A stretch of DNA of 64,000 bases from Thermoplasmata archaeon (GCA_021816955.1 JAKAWP010000003.1:5344-69343); one strand, 5' to 3'. Shown: positions 44,925-53,920, numbered from the stretch's first letter. The notes: generated by a model not told the origin, from the letters alone. Made by a program: numbers and translations.

Positions 44925-45297
44925 ATCCGCGCGGCGCGGCGATCGTCCCCGACGGCGCGAACCGGCCCGCTCGACTCCGCTGTTCGAATCGGACCCGGGC
45001 CGGGGATGCGAGAGGCGGGGCTCGGTGGGGCGCCGGAGACGGCCGGGAACGGTGCGAGAGGAGAGCGGGAGAGATCCGCGAACTCCCCCCTAGGCCCGGC
45101 CGGCGGACGGGCGAGCGACCCGACCGACCACACCGTTCCGGTCGCCTCGGCCGACGGTTTCGGCAGGGGGAAGACCGTGGGCGGCCTTCGGTCGCTGGCC
45201 GTGCCGCTCAAAACAAACGTTTAAGTAGAAACCTTCGGCATGAACGCTCGATCGAGCGGCTGACGCTCGTCAGACAAACAACCACGGGGAGCGAACG

Positions 45298-46428
45298 ATG
45301 AAGTCGATCATCCAAGAGGCGATCGCGAAGCACCAGGAAAACCAGGCGCTGACCGAACCGACGAAGCCGACGGCGACGTACGCGAGCGCCGATGATGCGG
45401 AGCTCGCGAAGCTCGCGGAGACGTTGAAGGTCAACATCCGCATCGTCGGCTGCGGCGGCGGCGGCTCCAACACGATCAACCGCTGCGTCGAGGAAGGGAT
45501 TCAGGGCGCGGAGATGTGCGCCATCAACACCGACGCGAAGCACCTGCTAACGATCCACGCGCCCCGCAAGGTGCTGATCGGGCGCCGAGCGACGAAGGGA
45601 CTCGGCGCCGGGGCTCGCCCGGAGATCGGCGAAGAGGCCGCGCGGGAGAACGAAGAGGAGATCCGTCAGTTCCTGCAGGGGGCTCACATCGTCTTCGTGA
45701 CGGCCGGCATGGGCGGCGGCACGGGAACCGGTTCGGCCCATCTCGTCGCGAAGCTCGCGAAGGAGCAGGGCGCGCTCACGATGGGCGTCGTCACCCTCCC
45801 GTTCGCGGGCGAGGGCGCGGCCCGGATGGAACAGGCGCGCGATGGGCTCGAGCGCCTGCGCCGCGTCTGCGACACGACGATCGTGATCCAGAACGACAAG
45901 CTGCTCGAGCTCGTCCCCCGGATGCCGCTCGACGCCGCGTTCAAGCTCGCCGACGCCGTGCTGATGACGGCGATCAAGGGGATCGTCGAGATCGTCACGC
46001 GCCCGGGCCTCGTCAACCTCGATTATGCCGACATCTTGACCGTGATGAAGGACGGCGGGGTCGCCCTGATCGGGCTCGGCGAGAGCGAGAGCACGACCGA
46101 CCGGGTGACGGAGGCCGTCACGGAAGCGCTGACGTCTCCCCTGCTCGGCAACGTCGAGCTGAAGGACGCCACCGGCGCCCTCGTCCGGGTCGTCGGCGGT
46201 CCGTCGATGACCGTCTCGGAGGCGGAGAAGGCGGCGGCGCTCGTCGGCAGCAAGATCTCCAAGCGCGCCCGGATCATCTGGGGCTGCTCGATCGAGAACT
46301 CGCCCGAGCTGGAGAACACCATCAAGGTGCTTCTCATCATCACGGGGGTCCGCGCCACGAGCCTCCTCGGCCAGAAGGGAGGCTACGCCTCTGGCGAGTC
46401 CGAGGAAGTCATCGACCTCGTCCGGTAA
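45298..46428 (+). CDS. ftsZ: cell division GTPase FtsZ
   Basis: GCGGGGSN and tubulin signature GGGTGTG; 376 aa. GGGGAG sits 8 nt upstream of the ATG. Confidence 0.95.
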   Translation: MKSIIQEAIAKHQENQALTEPTKPTATYASADDAELAKLAETLKVNIRIVGCGGGGSNTINRCVEEGIQGAEMCAINTDAKHLLTIHAPRKVLIGRRATKGLGAGARPEIGEEAARENEEEIRQFLQGAHIVFVTAGMGGGTGTGSAHLVAKLAKEQGALTMGVVTLPFAGEGAARMEQARDGLERLRRVCDTTIVIQNDKLLELVPRMPLDAAFKLADAVLMTAIKGIVEIVTRPGLVNLDYADILTVMKDGGVALIGLGESESTTDRVTEAVTEALTSPLLGNVELKDATGALVRVVGGPSMTVSEAEKAAALVGSKISKRARIIWGCSIENSPELENTIKVLLIITGVRATSLLGQKGGYASGESEEVIDLVR

Positions 46429-46429
46429 G

Positions 46430-46756
46430 CCTCGCCGTCGGCGACGTCGCTACCTCGGCGTCGAGCTCGCCCCGGAGGCCCGCCCGCTCGCGTCGGCGCG
46501 AGCGTGGGAACGGTCGATCGGCGAGCGGCTCGGCCGCGCCGATCCTCCGCCGGCGTTCCGCGTGATCCGGTTCACCCCCCGGCGGGCCGTGGTCGAAGTC
46601 GACCGCCCCGCGGCCGCGGTCGCCCGGGCGAACCTGAGCGGAGCGTTCGCCGACCGGGACGGGATCGTCCTCGCCGCTCGCCGAACGTGGGGCACCCTCC
46701 GCAAGGCGAAGCGCTGGGTGGATCCGGCCGATCGCCCCTCGAGCGGCTCTTCATGA
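46430..46756 (+). CDS. rnp2: RNase P protein component 2 (Pop5/Rnp2 homologue); start codon unresolved
   Basis: My translation of this frame from just after the ftsZ stop gives PRRRRRRYLGVELAPE...AVVEVDRPAAAVARANL...AARRTWGTLRKAKRWV. By eye this is colinear with Pyrococcus Pop5 (KKRYIAFKV ... GIIRCDR ... VSGTIKRLKRKF). The track reports only the GTG 46562 ORF (64 aa). Confidence 0.6.
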   Translation, partial: PRRRRRRYLGVELAPEARPLASARAWERSIGERLGRADPPPAFRVIRFTPRRAVVEVDRPAAAVARANLSGAFADRDGIVLAARRTWGTLRKAKRWVDPADRPSSGSS

Positions 46757-46811
46757 CGGCCCTGCCGCGAATCTTATCTGGAACCGGGGCTCGCCGTTCC
46801 GGGTAAGGAGC

Positions 46812-48365
46812 GTGCCGTCCCGTTCTGACGGTCCAGTCCGGATCCGGCGAGCGCTTCTCTCGGTGGACGACAAGCGCGAACTCGTCCCGTTCGCCCGCGG
46901 CCTCCACGAACTCGGCGTAGAGCTCTGGGCGACGGAAGGGACGGCCGCCCACCTCCGGGCCGCGGGCGTCCCCGTTCGCGCGGCCGAGGAGCTCACCGGG
47001 ATCGCCTCCTGGTTCGGCGGCCGCATCAAGACGTTGCATCCGGGCCTGCTCGGGGGGATCCTCGCCCCGCGCACCGAGGCGGGATGCCGCGAGCTCGCCG
47101 CGCGGTCGCTTCTCGCCTTCGACCTCGTCGTCTCGAACCTGTACCCGTTCGAGCGGGAACGGCGCGACCACCCGGAGTCCGCGGACCTCGAAGAGTACGT
47201 CGACATCGGCGGGGTGACGCTCACCCGGGCCGCGGCGAAGAACCACGCGGCCGTGGCGATCGTCACGGACCCTAGCCAGTATGCGGATCTCCTGCAAGAG
47301 CTCCGCGCGCACGACGGCGCCGTCTCCGCGGCGACCCGGACCGCGCTCGCGCGGACCGCCTTCGAGCGGACCGCGGCGTACGATGCGGCGATCGCCTCCG
47401 GGCTGTTCGACGCCGCTGAGCCGTTCCCCAGCGTCGTCGTCTTCCGCCGCGACCCGATCCGGCTGCGCTACGGGGAGAATCCCCACCAGGCGGCCGCCGT
47501 CTACCGCGCGATCGCCCCGACCCCGAACGGGCTGCCGGGCGGGCCGCTCACCCAGCGGAAAGGCGATCCGCTCTCGTTCACGAACCTGCTCGACCTCGAC
47601 ACCGCGCTCGGCGTCGTCGCGGAGTTCTCGGACCCGGGCGCCGCGGTCGTGAAGCACGCCACGCCGTGCGGCGCCGCGACCGCGCCGACGATCGGCGCGG
47701 CGATCGCCGCCGCGCTCGCGACCGACCCGGTTGCGCGCTACGGATGCGCCCTCGTCGTGAACCGGCCGGTCGCGGCGGCCGACCTCGCCGCCCTGAAGGG
47801 GGTCTTCGTCGACCTGCTCGGCGCCCCGTCGATCGATCCCGACGCCCGCGCGGCGCTCGAGCGCCGGCCGAAGATCAAGCTCGTGGAGATCGACCCCCGG
47901 CCGGTCGACGGCTGGGTCGCGCACTCCGCCGCCGGCCGGCTCCTCCTCGAGGACGCCGACCGACGACCGCTCCGCCCCGAAGAGCTCCGACCGGTCACGG
48001 CGAGCCGACCGACCGCCGCCGAGCTCGTCGCGCTCGAGTTCGCTTGGCGGGTCGGCCGGCACGCGAAGTCGAACGCGATCGTGCTCGCCCAAGGGACCAC
48101 GACCGTCGGGATCGGCTCGGGCCAGACGACCCGGGTGAAGGCGGTCGAACTCGCCGTTGAAGTCGCCGGGCCGCGGGCGCGCGGGAGCGTCCTCGCGTCG
48201 GACGCGTTCTTCCCGTTCGCGGACGGGATCGAGGCGGCGGGCCGGGCCGGGGTGCGGGCGGTGATCCAGCCGGGCGGGAGCGTGCGCGATCCCGAAGTGA
48301 TCGCCGCGGCCGATCGATTCGGGATGGCGATGGTCGTCACCGGCTGGCGGGCGTTCCGTCATTGA
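46812..48365 (+). CDS. purH: bifunctional AICAR transformylase / IMP cyclohydrolase
   Basis: 517 aa. ALLSVDDK, GGRIKTLHP, VVSNLYPF and NPHQ blocks. GTG start preceded by AAGGAG. Confidence 0.93.
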   Translation: MPSRSDGPVRIRRALLSVDDKRELVPFARGLHELGVELWATEGTAAHLRAAGVPVRAAEELTGIASWFGGRIKTLHPGLLGGILAPRTEAGCRELAARSLLAFDLVVSNLYPFERERRDHPESADLEEYVDIGGVTLTRAAAKNHAAVAIVTDPSQYADLLQELRAHDGAVSAATRTALARTAFERTAAYDAAIASGLFDAAEPFPSVVVFRRDPIRLRYGENPHQAAAVYRAIAPTPNGLPGGPLTQRKGDPLSFTNLLDLDTALGVVAEFSDPGAAVVKHATPCGAATAPTIGAAIAAALATDPVARYGCALVVNRPVAAADLAALKGVFVDLLGAPSIDPDARAALERRPKIKLVEIDPRPVDGWVAHSAAGRLLLEDADRRPLRPEELRPVTASRPTAAELVALEFAWRVGRHAKSNAIVLAQGTTTVGIGSGQTTRVKAVELAVEVAGPRARGSVLASDAFFPFADGIEAAGRAGVRAVIQPGGSVRDPEVIAAADRFGMAMVVTGWRAFRH

Positions 48366-48413
48366 GACGGCGGGCGCGCGCACGGCCGGCGAGAACGGCT
48401 CGCGGACGCGCCG

Positions 48414-48770
48414 TTACACGAAGTCGAAGTGCCGCTTCAGGATCGATCGAAACTCGACGGGAGCGATCGGGCCGACCTCGCGCCCGCGCTCGACCCCGTC
48501 CCGGACGAACAGGTACGTCGGGATCGACGAAACGCCGTAAAGGCGCGTCACGGACTTCGCCACGTCGACGTCGACCTTCGCGAACTTGACGGTCCCCTCG
48601 AGCCGGGCGGAGTACTCGCGCAGCGTCGGCTCGGTGATCCGGCACGGGGCGCACCATTCCGCCGAGAAGTCGACGACGACGGGAAGCGGCGATTTCAGCA
48701 CCTCGCGCTCGAACGTCTCGTCGGTCACGACGACCAACTGGCCCTCGACCATGGCGTCGACCATTTCCAT
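48414..48770 (-). CDS. trxA: thioredoxin
   Basis: In-frame ATG 48770 of track ORF 48414..49160. WCAPC active site, 118 aa. GGTGA sits upstream of the ATG. Confidence 0.9.
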   Translation of the reverse strand: MEMVDAMVEGQLVVVTDETFEREVLKSPLPVVVDFSAEWCAPCRITEPTLREYSARLEGTVKFAKVDVDVAKSVTRLYGVSSIPTYLFVRDGVERGREVGPIAPVEFRSILKRHFDFV

Positions 48771-48808
48771 AAGGTCACCGCTCTTAACGTTGAGGCGCTC
48801 GGGGAACG

Positions 48809-50044
48809 ATGCGTTCGTCGTCCGCCCGGCTCGACCAGCCGGCCCGCCTCGTCGTCCGCCGGCGGACGGAGGCGCTCCTCCGCTGGTACGCGAGCTACCG
48901 ACGGGCCTGGCCGTGGCGCTCGGAGAGCGACCCGTACCGGATCTGGGTCTCGGAAGTCTTGTTGCAGCAGACCCGGGTCGGACAGGCGGCCCCGTTCTAC
49001 GAACGGTTCGTTCGGGCGTTCCCGACCGTCGAGGCGCTCGCCCGGGCACCCCGCCGGCGGGTCTTGAAGCTCTGGCAAGGAGCCGGCTACTACGCCCGGG
49101 CGCGCCACTTGCACGCGGCCGCGCGGCGCCTCCTTCGCGAGCGCGCCGGCGCGCTTCCAACGACCGTCGAGGAGCTCGAAGCCCTACCGGGCGTCGGACC
49201 GTACATCGCCCGAGCGATCGCGAGCCTCGCCTTCGGAGTGCCCGTCATCGCGCTGGAGGCGAACGGCCTCCGGGTCGCCGCGCGCTGGGTCGGCGAGCGG
49301 CGGGACCCGCGACGGCCGGCCGTGCGCCGCCGGCTCGTCGCCGAGCTCGAGCGCGGGCTCGATTACGCCCCGGCCGGCCCCCTCAACGAGGCGATCATGG
49401 AGCTCGGCGAGACCGTCTGCCTCGCCCGTCGGCCGCGATGCACCGCCTGCCCGGTGCGACGCTTCTGCACGGCGTATCGGACGCTGCCCAGTCCGGATGC
49501 GCTCCCGCACCGCCCGTCGGCGCGCCGCCGCCCGCTCGTCCGGGCGGCCGTCGTGGTGCTGGAGGACCGCGGCCGCCTCTGGCTCCAACGCCGACCGCCG
49601 ACCGGCTTTCTGGGGGGGCTCTGGGAGTTCCCGGGGGGCCAGATCCGCCCCGGCGAGACCCCCGAACAGGCCGCCGCCCGGGAGCTCTTCGAGGAAACCG
49701 GCGCGCGCGCCCGCTCGCTCCGGTGGATCGGCACCGTGCGACACGACTACAGCCATCGGTCGGTCGAGCTGTGGGTCTACCGAGGGCGCGTCGGCCGGGC
49801 CGCCCCCCGCCGGCTCGGCCGGGAGCCTGCCCGTTGGGTTCCCCGCCGCGCCGTTGGGCGGCTCGAACTGCCCAAGGCGACCGAAAAGATCGTCCGCCTG
49901 CTCGACCCAGCGCTCCTCTCCCCCGCGGATCCCCCCTCCGTCAGCCCCTATCGACGACGGCCGCCGAACTTTCGGCCAACGGCGGGCCCAACCACCCCGA
50001 GGGGTCGGATCCCCCACCGTGAGGAGGCGAAGTTAACTATATAG
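48809..50044 (+). CDS. mutY: A/G-specific adenine DNA glycosylase (MutY) with C-terminal NUDIX-like domain
   Basis: PYRIWVSEVLLQQT, HhH LPGVGPY, Fe-S loop CLARRPRCTACPVRRFC, and C-terminal WEFPGG...ELFEETG. Confidence 0.88.
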   Translation: MRSSSARLDQPARLVVRRRTEALLRWYASYRRAWPWRSESDPYRIWVSEVLLQQTRVGQAAPFYERFVRAFPTVEALARAPRRRVLKLWQGAGYYARARHLHAAARRLLRERAGALPTTVEELEALPGVGPYIARAIASLAFGVPVIALEANGLRVAARWVGERRDPRRPAVRRRLVAELERGLDYAPAGPLNEAIMELGETVCLARRPRCTACPVRRFCTAYRTLPSPDALPHRPSARRRPLVRAAVVVLEDRGRLWLQRRPPTGFLGGLWEFPGGQIRPGETPEQAAARELFEETGARARSLRWIGTVRHDYSHRSVELWVYRGRVGRAAPRRLGREPARWVPRRAVGRLELPKATEKIVRLLDPALLSPADPPSVSPYRRRPPNFRPTAGPTTPRGRIPHREEAKLTI

Positions 50045-50082
50045 GTAGGCGAATCGTTAGTGATTTTGGCCTCGGGCATCGG

Positions 50083-50129
50083 GAAGTCGGCTCTTGGTGG
50101 CACCGTCCAAGAGACCTAAGCCGACTTTC
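50083..50129. terminator. interrupted hairpin between convergent mutY and hutH
   Basis: GAAGTCGG/CCGACTT(T)C outer stem and CTCTTGG/CCAAGAG inner stem, with a 9-nt loop and a 6-7-nt internal bulge. Lies in a 91-nt convergent gap. Confidence 0.3.
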
Positions 50130-50135
50130 CGGTGC

Positions 50136-51707
50136 CTACCCTGTTTTCGGTGCCTCGGTTGGGGGCGATGGGTCGTCCGCCCGGCCCCACTGGCCGCCGC
50201 CCGCTTCGGCGAGGAGCTCGCCCGTCCGGATCGCCTCCGCGAGCGCCTCGATCTCGCCCGCCGGACTGTGGTCGCGCGTCCACGGCCCGACCCGGGCGCG
50301 GACGGCCCGCGCGGCGCGCTCGACCCCGCTTCCGCCGTGCTTTGGGCGCCGGTACTCGAGCGCTTGGACGGCGGCGAGCCACTCGATCGCGACGATCCGG
50401 CGCGCGTTGTCGATCATCCGGCGCAGCTTCGCTCCCGCCCACGCGCCCAGGCTGACGAAATCTTCCTGGTCGGCGGACGTCGGCAGGCTGTAGGCGGTCG
50501 CGGGGGCCGCGAGCGTCGCGTTCTCGCTCACGAGCGCCGCCGCGACGGTCTGGGGGATCATGAACCCCGAGCTCACGCCCGGGTCGGGGGCGAGGAACGC
50601 CGGAAGGCCCCGGTTGAGCGCCGGATGGGTCAGCCGGAACATCCGCCGTTCGCTGTAGGCGCCGAGGATCTGGACGGCGCTCGCGAGGCTGTCGAGCGCC
50701 CAGGCAAGCGACTCGCCGTGGAAGTTCCCGCCGCTCACGAACTCGTCGCCCTCAAAGACGAGCGGGTTGTCGGTGACCGCGTTGAGCTCGCCGGTCACGA
50801 TCTCGCGGGCGACGCGGAGGGCGTGCCGGACCGGGGCGAGCACTTGGGGGATGCACCGGAGCGTGTACGGGTCCTGCCCGCTCCACTCCCGCTTCGGCCG
50901 GGCGAGCTCGCTCTCGGCCAGAAGCTCGCGGAGGCGCCCCGCGATCGCCCGCTCCTCGGGCGATCCACGGAGGGCGCCGAGGCGGTCGTCGAACGACTCG
51001 GGCGTCCCTTCTAGGGCGTCGACCGACGTAGCGGCGGCGAAGAGCGCCGCCTCAAGCAGCGCGCGAACGTCTTCGACGGCGAGGGCGAGGTAGCTCGCCA
51101 TGAGGGCCGTCCCGTTGACTAGGCTGATCCCCTCCTTCTCGACGAGCGCGAGCGGCGGGAGATCTTCGGCGGTCAGGACGTCGGCGGCGGGCTGCCGGCG
51201 GCCGTCGGGGCCGACGAACGCCCCGTCGCCGACGATCGCCTCGGCGAGGTGGGCGAGCGGCGCGAGGTCGCCGGACGCTCCGACCGACCCCGTCTCGGGA
51301 ATCCACGGAACGAGGCCCCGGTTGAGCAAGGCGAGGAGCCGATCGATCAGCTCCGGCCGGACGCCCGAGTGCCCCCGGGCGAGGGAGTTCGCGCGCAGGA
51401 GCATCATCCCCCGAACGACGTCGGCCGGCAGCGGCGGGCCGACCCCGCTCGCGTGGCTGGCCACCAGCGCGCGTTGAAGCTCGGCGGCGCGCGCCGGGTC
51501 GACCGTCGCCGTCGAGAGGGCGCCGAAGCCGGTCGTCACCCCGTAGACGGCGCGGCCGGACCGCACCGCGCGGTCGACGGCGCGCCGGGCCGCCTCGATC
51601 GTCGGCCGCGCCGCGGGGTCGAGGCTGACGCCGCAGCCGGCCCGGGCGACGGCCAAGAACTGCTCGAGCGTGAGCGATCGGCCGTCGATCGGCAGGGTCT
51701 CGGTCAT
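50136..51707 (-). CDS. hutH: histidine ammonia-lyase
   Basis: 523 aa. YGVTTGFG and the MIO-forming GSVGASGDLAPL motif. Confidence 0.93.
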   Translation of the reverse strand: MTETLPIDGRSLTLEQFLAVARAGCGVSLDPAARPTIEAARRAVDRAVRSGRAVYGVTTGFGALSTATVDPARAAELQRALVASHASGVGPPLPADVVRGMMLLRANSLARGHSGVRPELIDRLLALLNRGLVPWIPETGSVGASGDLAPLAHLAEAIVGDGAFVGPDGRRQPAADVLTAEDLPPLALVEKEGISLVNGTALMASYLALAVEDVRALLEAALFAAATSVDALEGTPESFDDRLGALRGSPEERAIAGRLRELLAESELARPKREWSGQDPYTLRCIPQVLAPVRHALRVAREIVTGELNAVTDNPLVFEGDEFVSGGNFHGESLAWALDSLASAVQILGAYSERRMFRLTHPALNRGLPAFLAPDPGVSSGFMIPQTVAAALVSENATLAAPATAYSLPTSADQEDFVSLGAWAGAKLRRMIDNARRIVAIEWLAAVQALEYRRPKHGGSGVERAARAVRARVGPWTRDHSPAGEIEALAEAIRTGELLAEAGGGQWGRADDPSPPTEAPKTG

Positions 51708-51762
51708 CGCAGGGCCCGAGAACCGGCGCCGGTCGGTCCGACTACGACGGGGGTCAATCGCA

Positions 51763-52290
51763 CTACGCCGGGACGACGAGCTCGCCGCCGGACTTCTGCT
51801 GGGACGGGACGCGCCGCACCGCGACGTTCTTCGTCTTCCAGAAGATTTCGGCGAACTCCTGGACGAGCTTCAGCAGCTCCTGGGCGTCGCCGAGCGACGT
51901 CCCTTGGCGGGCCTTCGACGCCTGCTTGAAGATCTTGAAGACGAGCTCGGGGAGCTGGGGAAACTTCGCCGTGTGGTCGGCGGTGATGTAGTCGCCATAG
52001 ATCACCCGGATCTCGTGCTTCACCCGCTCGGCGTGCTGCTCCTTCACGGCCGTGTACCGGGCGATCTTCGAGGCGTACGCCGCGTGCTCCTCGGGCTTCG
52101 CGGCCGCCGCCGGGACGGCCAGCTCGGCGATCAGCTGGTCCATCCGGATCACGGTCAGCGCCGCGATCTGCGCCTCGTGGGGGTCGTAGATCCCGCATGG
52201 GATATCGCAATGGGCGTAGATGGTCTCGGGGCGTCGGCACACGGCGAGGGCGAGGTTATGGATCCGTTCGGTCCATCGGACGCTGGACAT
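51763..52290 (-). CDS. sodN: nickel-containing superoxide dismutase precursor
   Basis: Ni-hook HCDIPCGIYDP after a leader peptide. KEQHAE..KHE, DY, PEL and IFWKTK blocks are colinear with Streptomyces SodN as I recall it. Alternative start at GTG 52240. Confidence 0.85.
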   Translation of the reverse strand: MSSVRWTERIHNLALAVCRRPETIYAHCDIPCGIYDPHEAQIAALTVIRMDQLIAELAVPAAAAKPEEHAAYASKIARYTAVKEQHAERVKHEIRVIYGDYITADHTAKFPQLPELVFKIFKQASKARQGTSLGDAQELLKLVQEFAEIFWKTKNVAVRRVPSQQKSGGELVVPA

Positions 52291-52767
52291 GAGCGCCGTA
52301 GCGCGCCCGGAGCCATAAAGCTGGCTTCTGGACGCAGCGGCGCGGAGCGTCCGAGCTGGGGCCGACGGCTTCGAAGCCTCGTCTTCCGGGTCGCCGACGA
52401 CAGCATGCGGCCGACCCTCCTCCCGGGCGACGTCGTGCTCGTCGACCCGCGCGCCTACCGCGCGCGGCCCCCCGAGCGCGGGGAGATCGTCGCGGCCCGC
52501 GACCCGGACGGTTCGGGCCGATGGCTCGTGAAGGCGGTCGCGTCCGTCCAGCGAACGGCCACCGGGGCGCCGTCCGCCTTTCTGCTCGGGACGAACGCCG
52601 CGGCGAGCCGGGACAGCCGGCGGTTCGGAGCGGTGCCGCTCGACCGGCTCGTCGGGGTCGTCTGGTACCGGCTTTCCCCCCGCGAGCGCCGCGGGCCGGT
52701 CGGCCGCCTACCCGAGGGGGCGCTCGATCCCCCGGGGGAACAGGCCGGGCGGACGGACGAGGCGTGA
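52258..52767 (+). CDS. sodX: S26-type signal-peptidase-like protease, putative NiSOD maturation protease
   Basis: In-frame ATG 52258 of track ORF 51670..52767. VADDSMRPTLLPGDVVLVD catalytic Ser motif and SRDSRRFG. Divergent from sodN. Confidence 0.7.
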   Translation: MDPFGPSDAGHERRSAPGAIKLASGRSGAERPSWGRRLRSLVFRVADDSMRPTLLPGDVVLVDPRAYRARPPERGEIVAARDPDGSGRWLVKAVASVQRTATGAPSAFLLGTNAAASRDSRRFGAVPLDRLVGVVWYRLSPRERRGPVGRLPEGALDPPGEQAGRTDEA

Positions 52768-52839
52768 GGCGGGCGGGTCGGGGCCGGGACGGTCGGACGA
52801 GGCGTGAGGCGGGCGGGTCGGGGCCGGGACGGTCGGACG
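52755..52839. repeat. perfect 40-bp tandem duplication (about 2.1 copies)
   Basis: GGACGAGGCGTGAGGCGGGCGGGTCGGGGCCGGGACGGTC at 52755-52794 is repeated exactly at 52795-52834, then 5 more matching nt. Copy 1 contains the sodX stop codon. Confidence 0.9.
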
Positions 52840-52857
52840 GTCCGTTCGGCCGCGCCG

Positions 52858-53841
52858 TCACTCCCGGATCCCTTCCGACGTCAGCGAGAAGACGGCCTCC
52901 CCTTCCGGTAGGTTGGGCGAGTCGATCAGGCGGGCGATCCGCTTCGGCGGCTTCGACTTGCGCAGGTAGACCCGGTACGTCGCCGCGTGCGCGACGATGT
53001 TGCCCCCGATCGGTCGGGTCGGGTCGCCGAAGAGGATGTCCGGCCGGGCCGACACTTGGTTCGTCACGATCACGGCGGCATTGTACGTGTCGGCGAACCG
53101 CAACAGCTCGTGGAGGTGCTTGTTGAGCAGCTGCTGGCGCGGAGCGAGCTCGGCGCGGCCGACGTACTCCGAGCGGAAGTGCGCCGTGAGCGAGTCGACG
53201 ACGATGAGCCGGATCGGCCGCTCGCGGGCGAGCTCCTGGGCCTTCCCGACGAGGAGCATCTGGTGGTTCGAGTTGAACGCCCGGGCGACATGGATCCGGG
53301 CGAGCGCCTCGTCCGGCGGGATTCCGGCGCCCTGCGCCATCGAGACGATCCGCTCGGGGCGGAACGTGCTCTCCGTGTCGATGTAGACGGCTTCCCCGAG
53401 GAGCCCGCCTTGGTCGACCGGGAGCTGGACATCGACCGCCACCTGATGGGCGATCTGGGTCTTGCCCGTTCCGAACTCCCCCGCGAACTCGGTGATCGCT
53501 TGCGTCTCGATGCCGCCGCCCAACAGCTCGTCGAGCGATTTCGCGAACGTCGAGATCCGCCCGAGCTTCTGGCGGCGCGCGAGGACCGTGGTGCCGCTCT
53601 CGAACCCGCCGACGTCGGCCCGCCGCCGGGCTTCGCCGATGATCTTCTGCGCGACCGCGAGGCCGATGTCGGCGGCCTCGGCGACGTCGCCCGGCGAGGC
53701 GACGGCGAGCTCCATGAGGTCGGTATAGCCGGCCTCGCGCAGCCGCTCCGCCGTCGTCCCGCCGACGCCCGGCAGGTCCTCGAGGTCGACCGTCGTCCGT
53801 TCCGAATCGCTCGCCGTCTTCGCCGCCGGTTTCGTCGCCAC
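52858..53841 (-). CDS. radA: DNA repair and recombination protein RadA
   Basis: 327 aa. N-terminal HhH ([20 protein letters not shown]), Walker [10 protein letters not shown] and Walker B LIVVDS. GTG start. Confidence 0.95.
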   Translation of the reverse strand: MATKPAAKTASDSERTTVDLEDLPGVGGTTAERLREAGYTDLMELAVASPGDVAEAADIGLAVAQKIIGEARRRADVGGFESGTTVLARRQKLGRISTFAKSLDELLGGGIETQAITEFAGEFGTGKTQIAHQVAVDVQLPVDQGGLLGEAVYIDTESTFRPERIVSMAQGAGIPPDEALARIHVARAFNSNHQMLLVGKAQELARERPIRLIVVDSLTAHFRSEYVGRAELAPRQQLLNKHLHELLRFADTYNAAVIVTNQVSARPDILFGDPTRPIGGNIVAHAATYRVYLRKSKPPKRIARLIDSPNLPEGEAVFSLTSEGIRE

Positions 53842-53920
53842 GATGCCGACGAATCGGCCCGCGGACGGATAAGCGTGCGGGGGAGTTGGTGAAACGGTGA
53901 ACGGTGCCTGCTTGGGGCGC

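Noticed and set aside
44960-45000. T-loop-like GTTCGAATC suggesting a tRNA upstream of ftsZ
   Set aside because: The flanks give only a 4-bp stem with a 10-nt loop. No acceptor, D or anticodon arms could be drawn.
50083-50129. Minus-strand GGAAAGUCGGC resembling the RNase P CR-I motif
   Set aside because: It is simply one arm of a local hairpin in a convergent intergenic gap, and no other RNase P elements are nearby.
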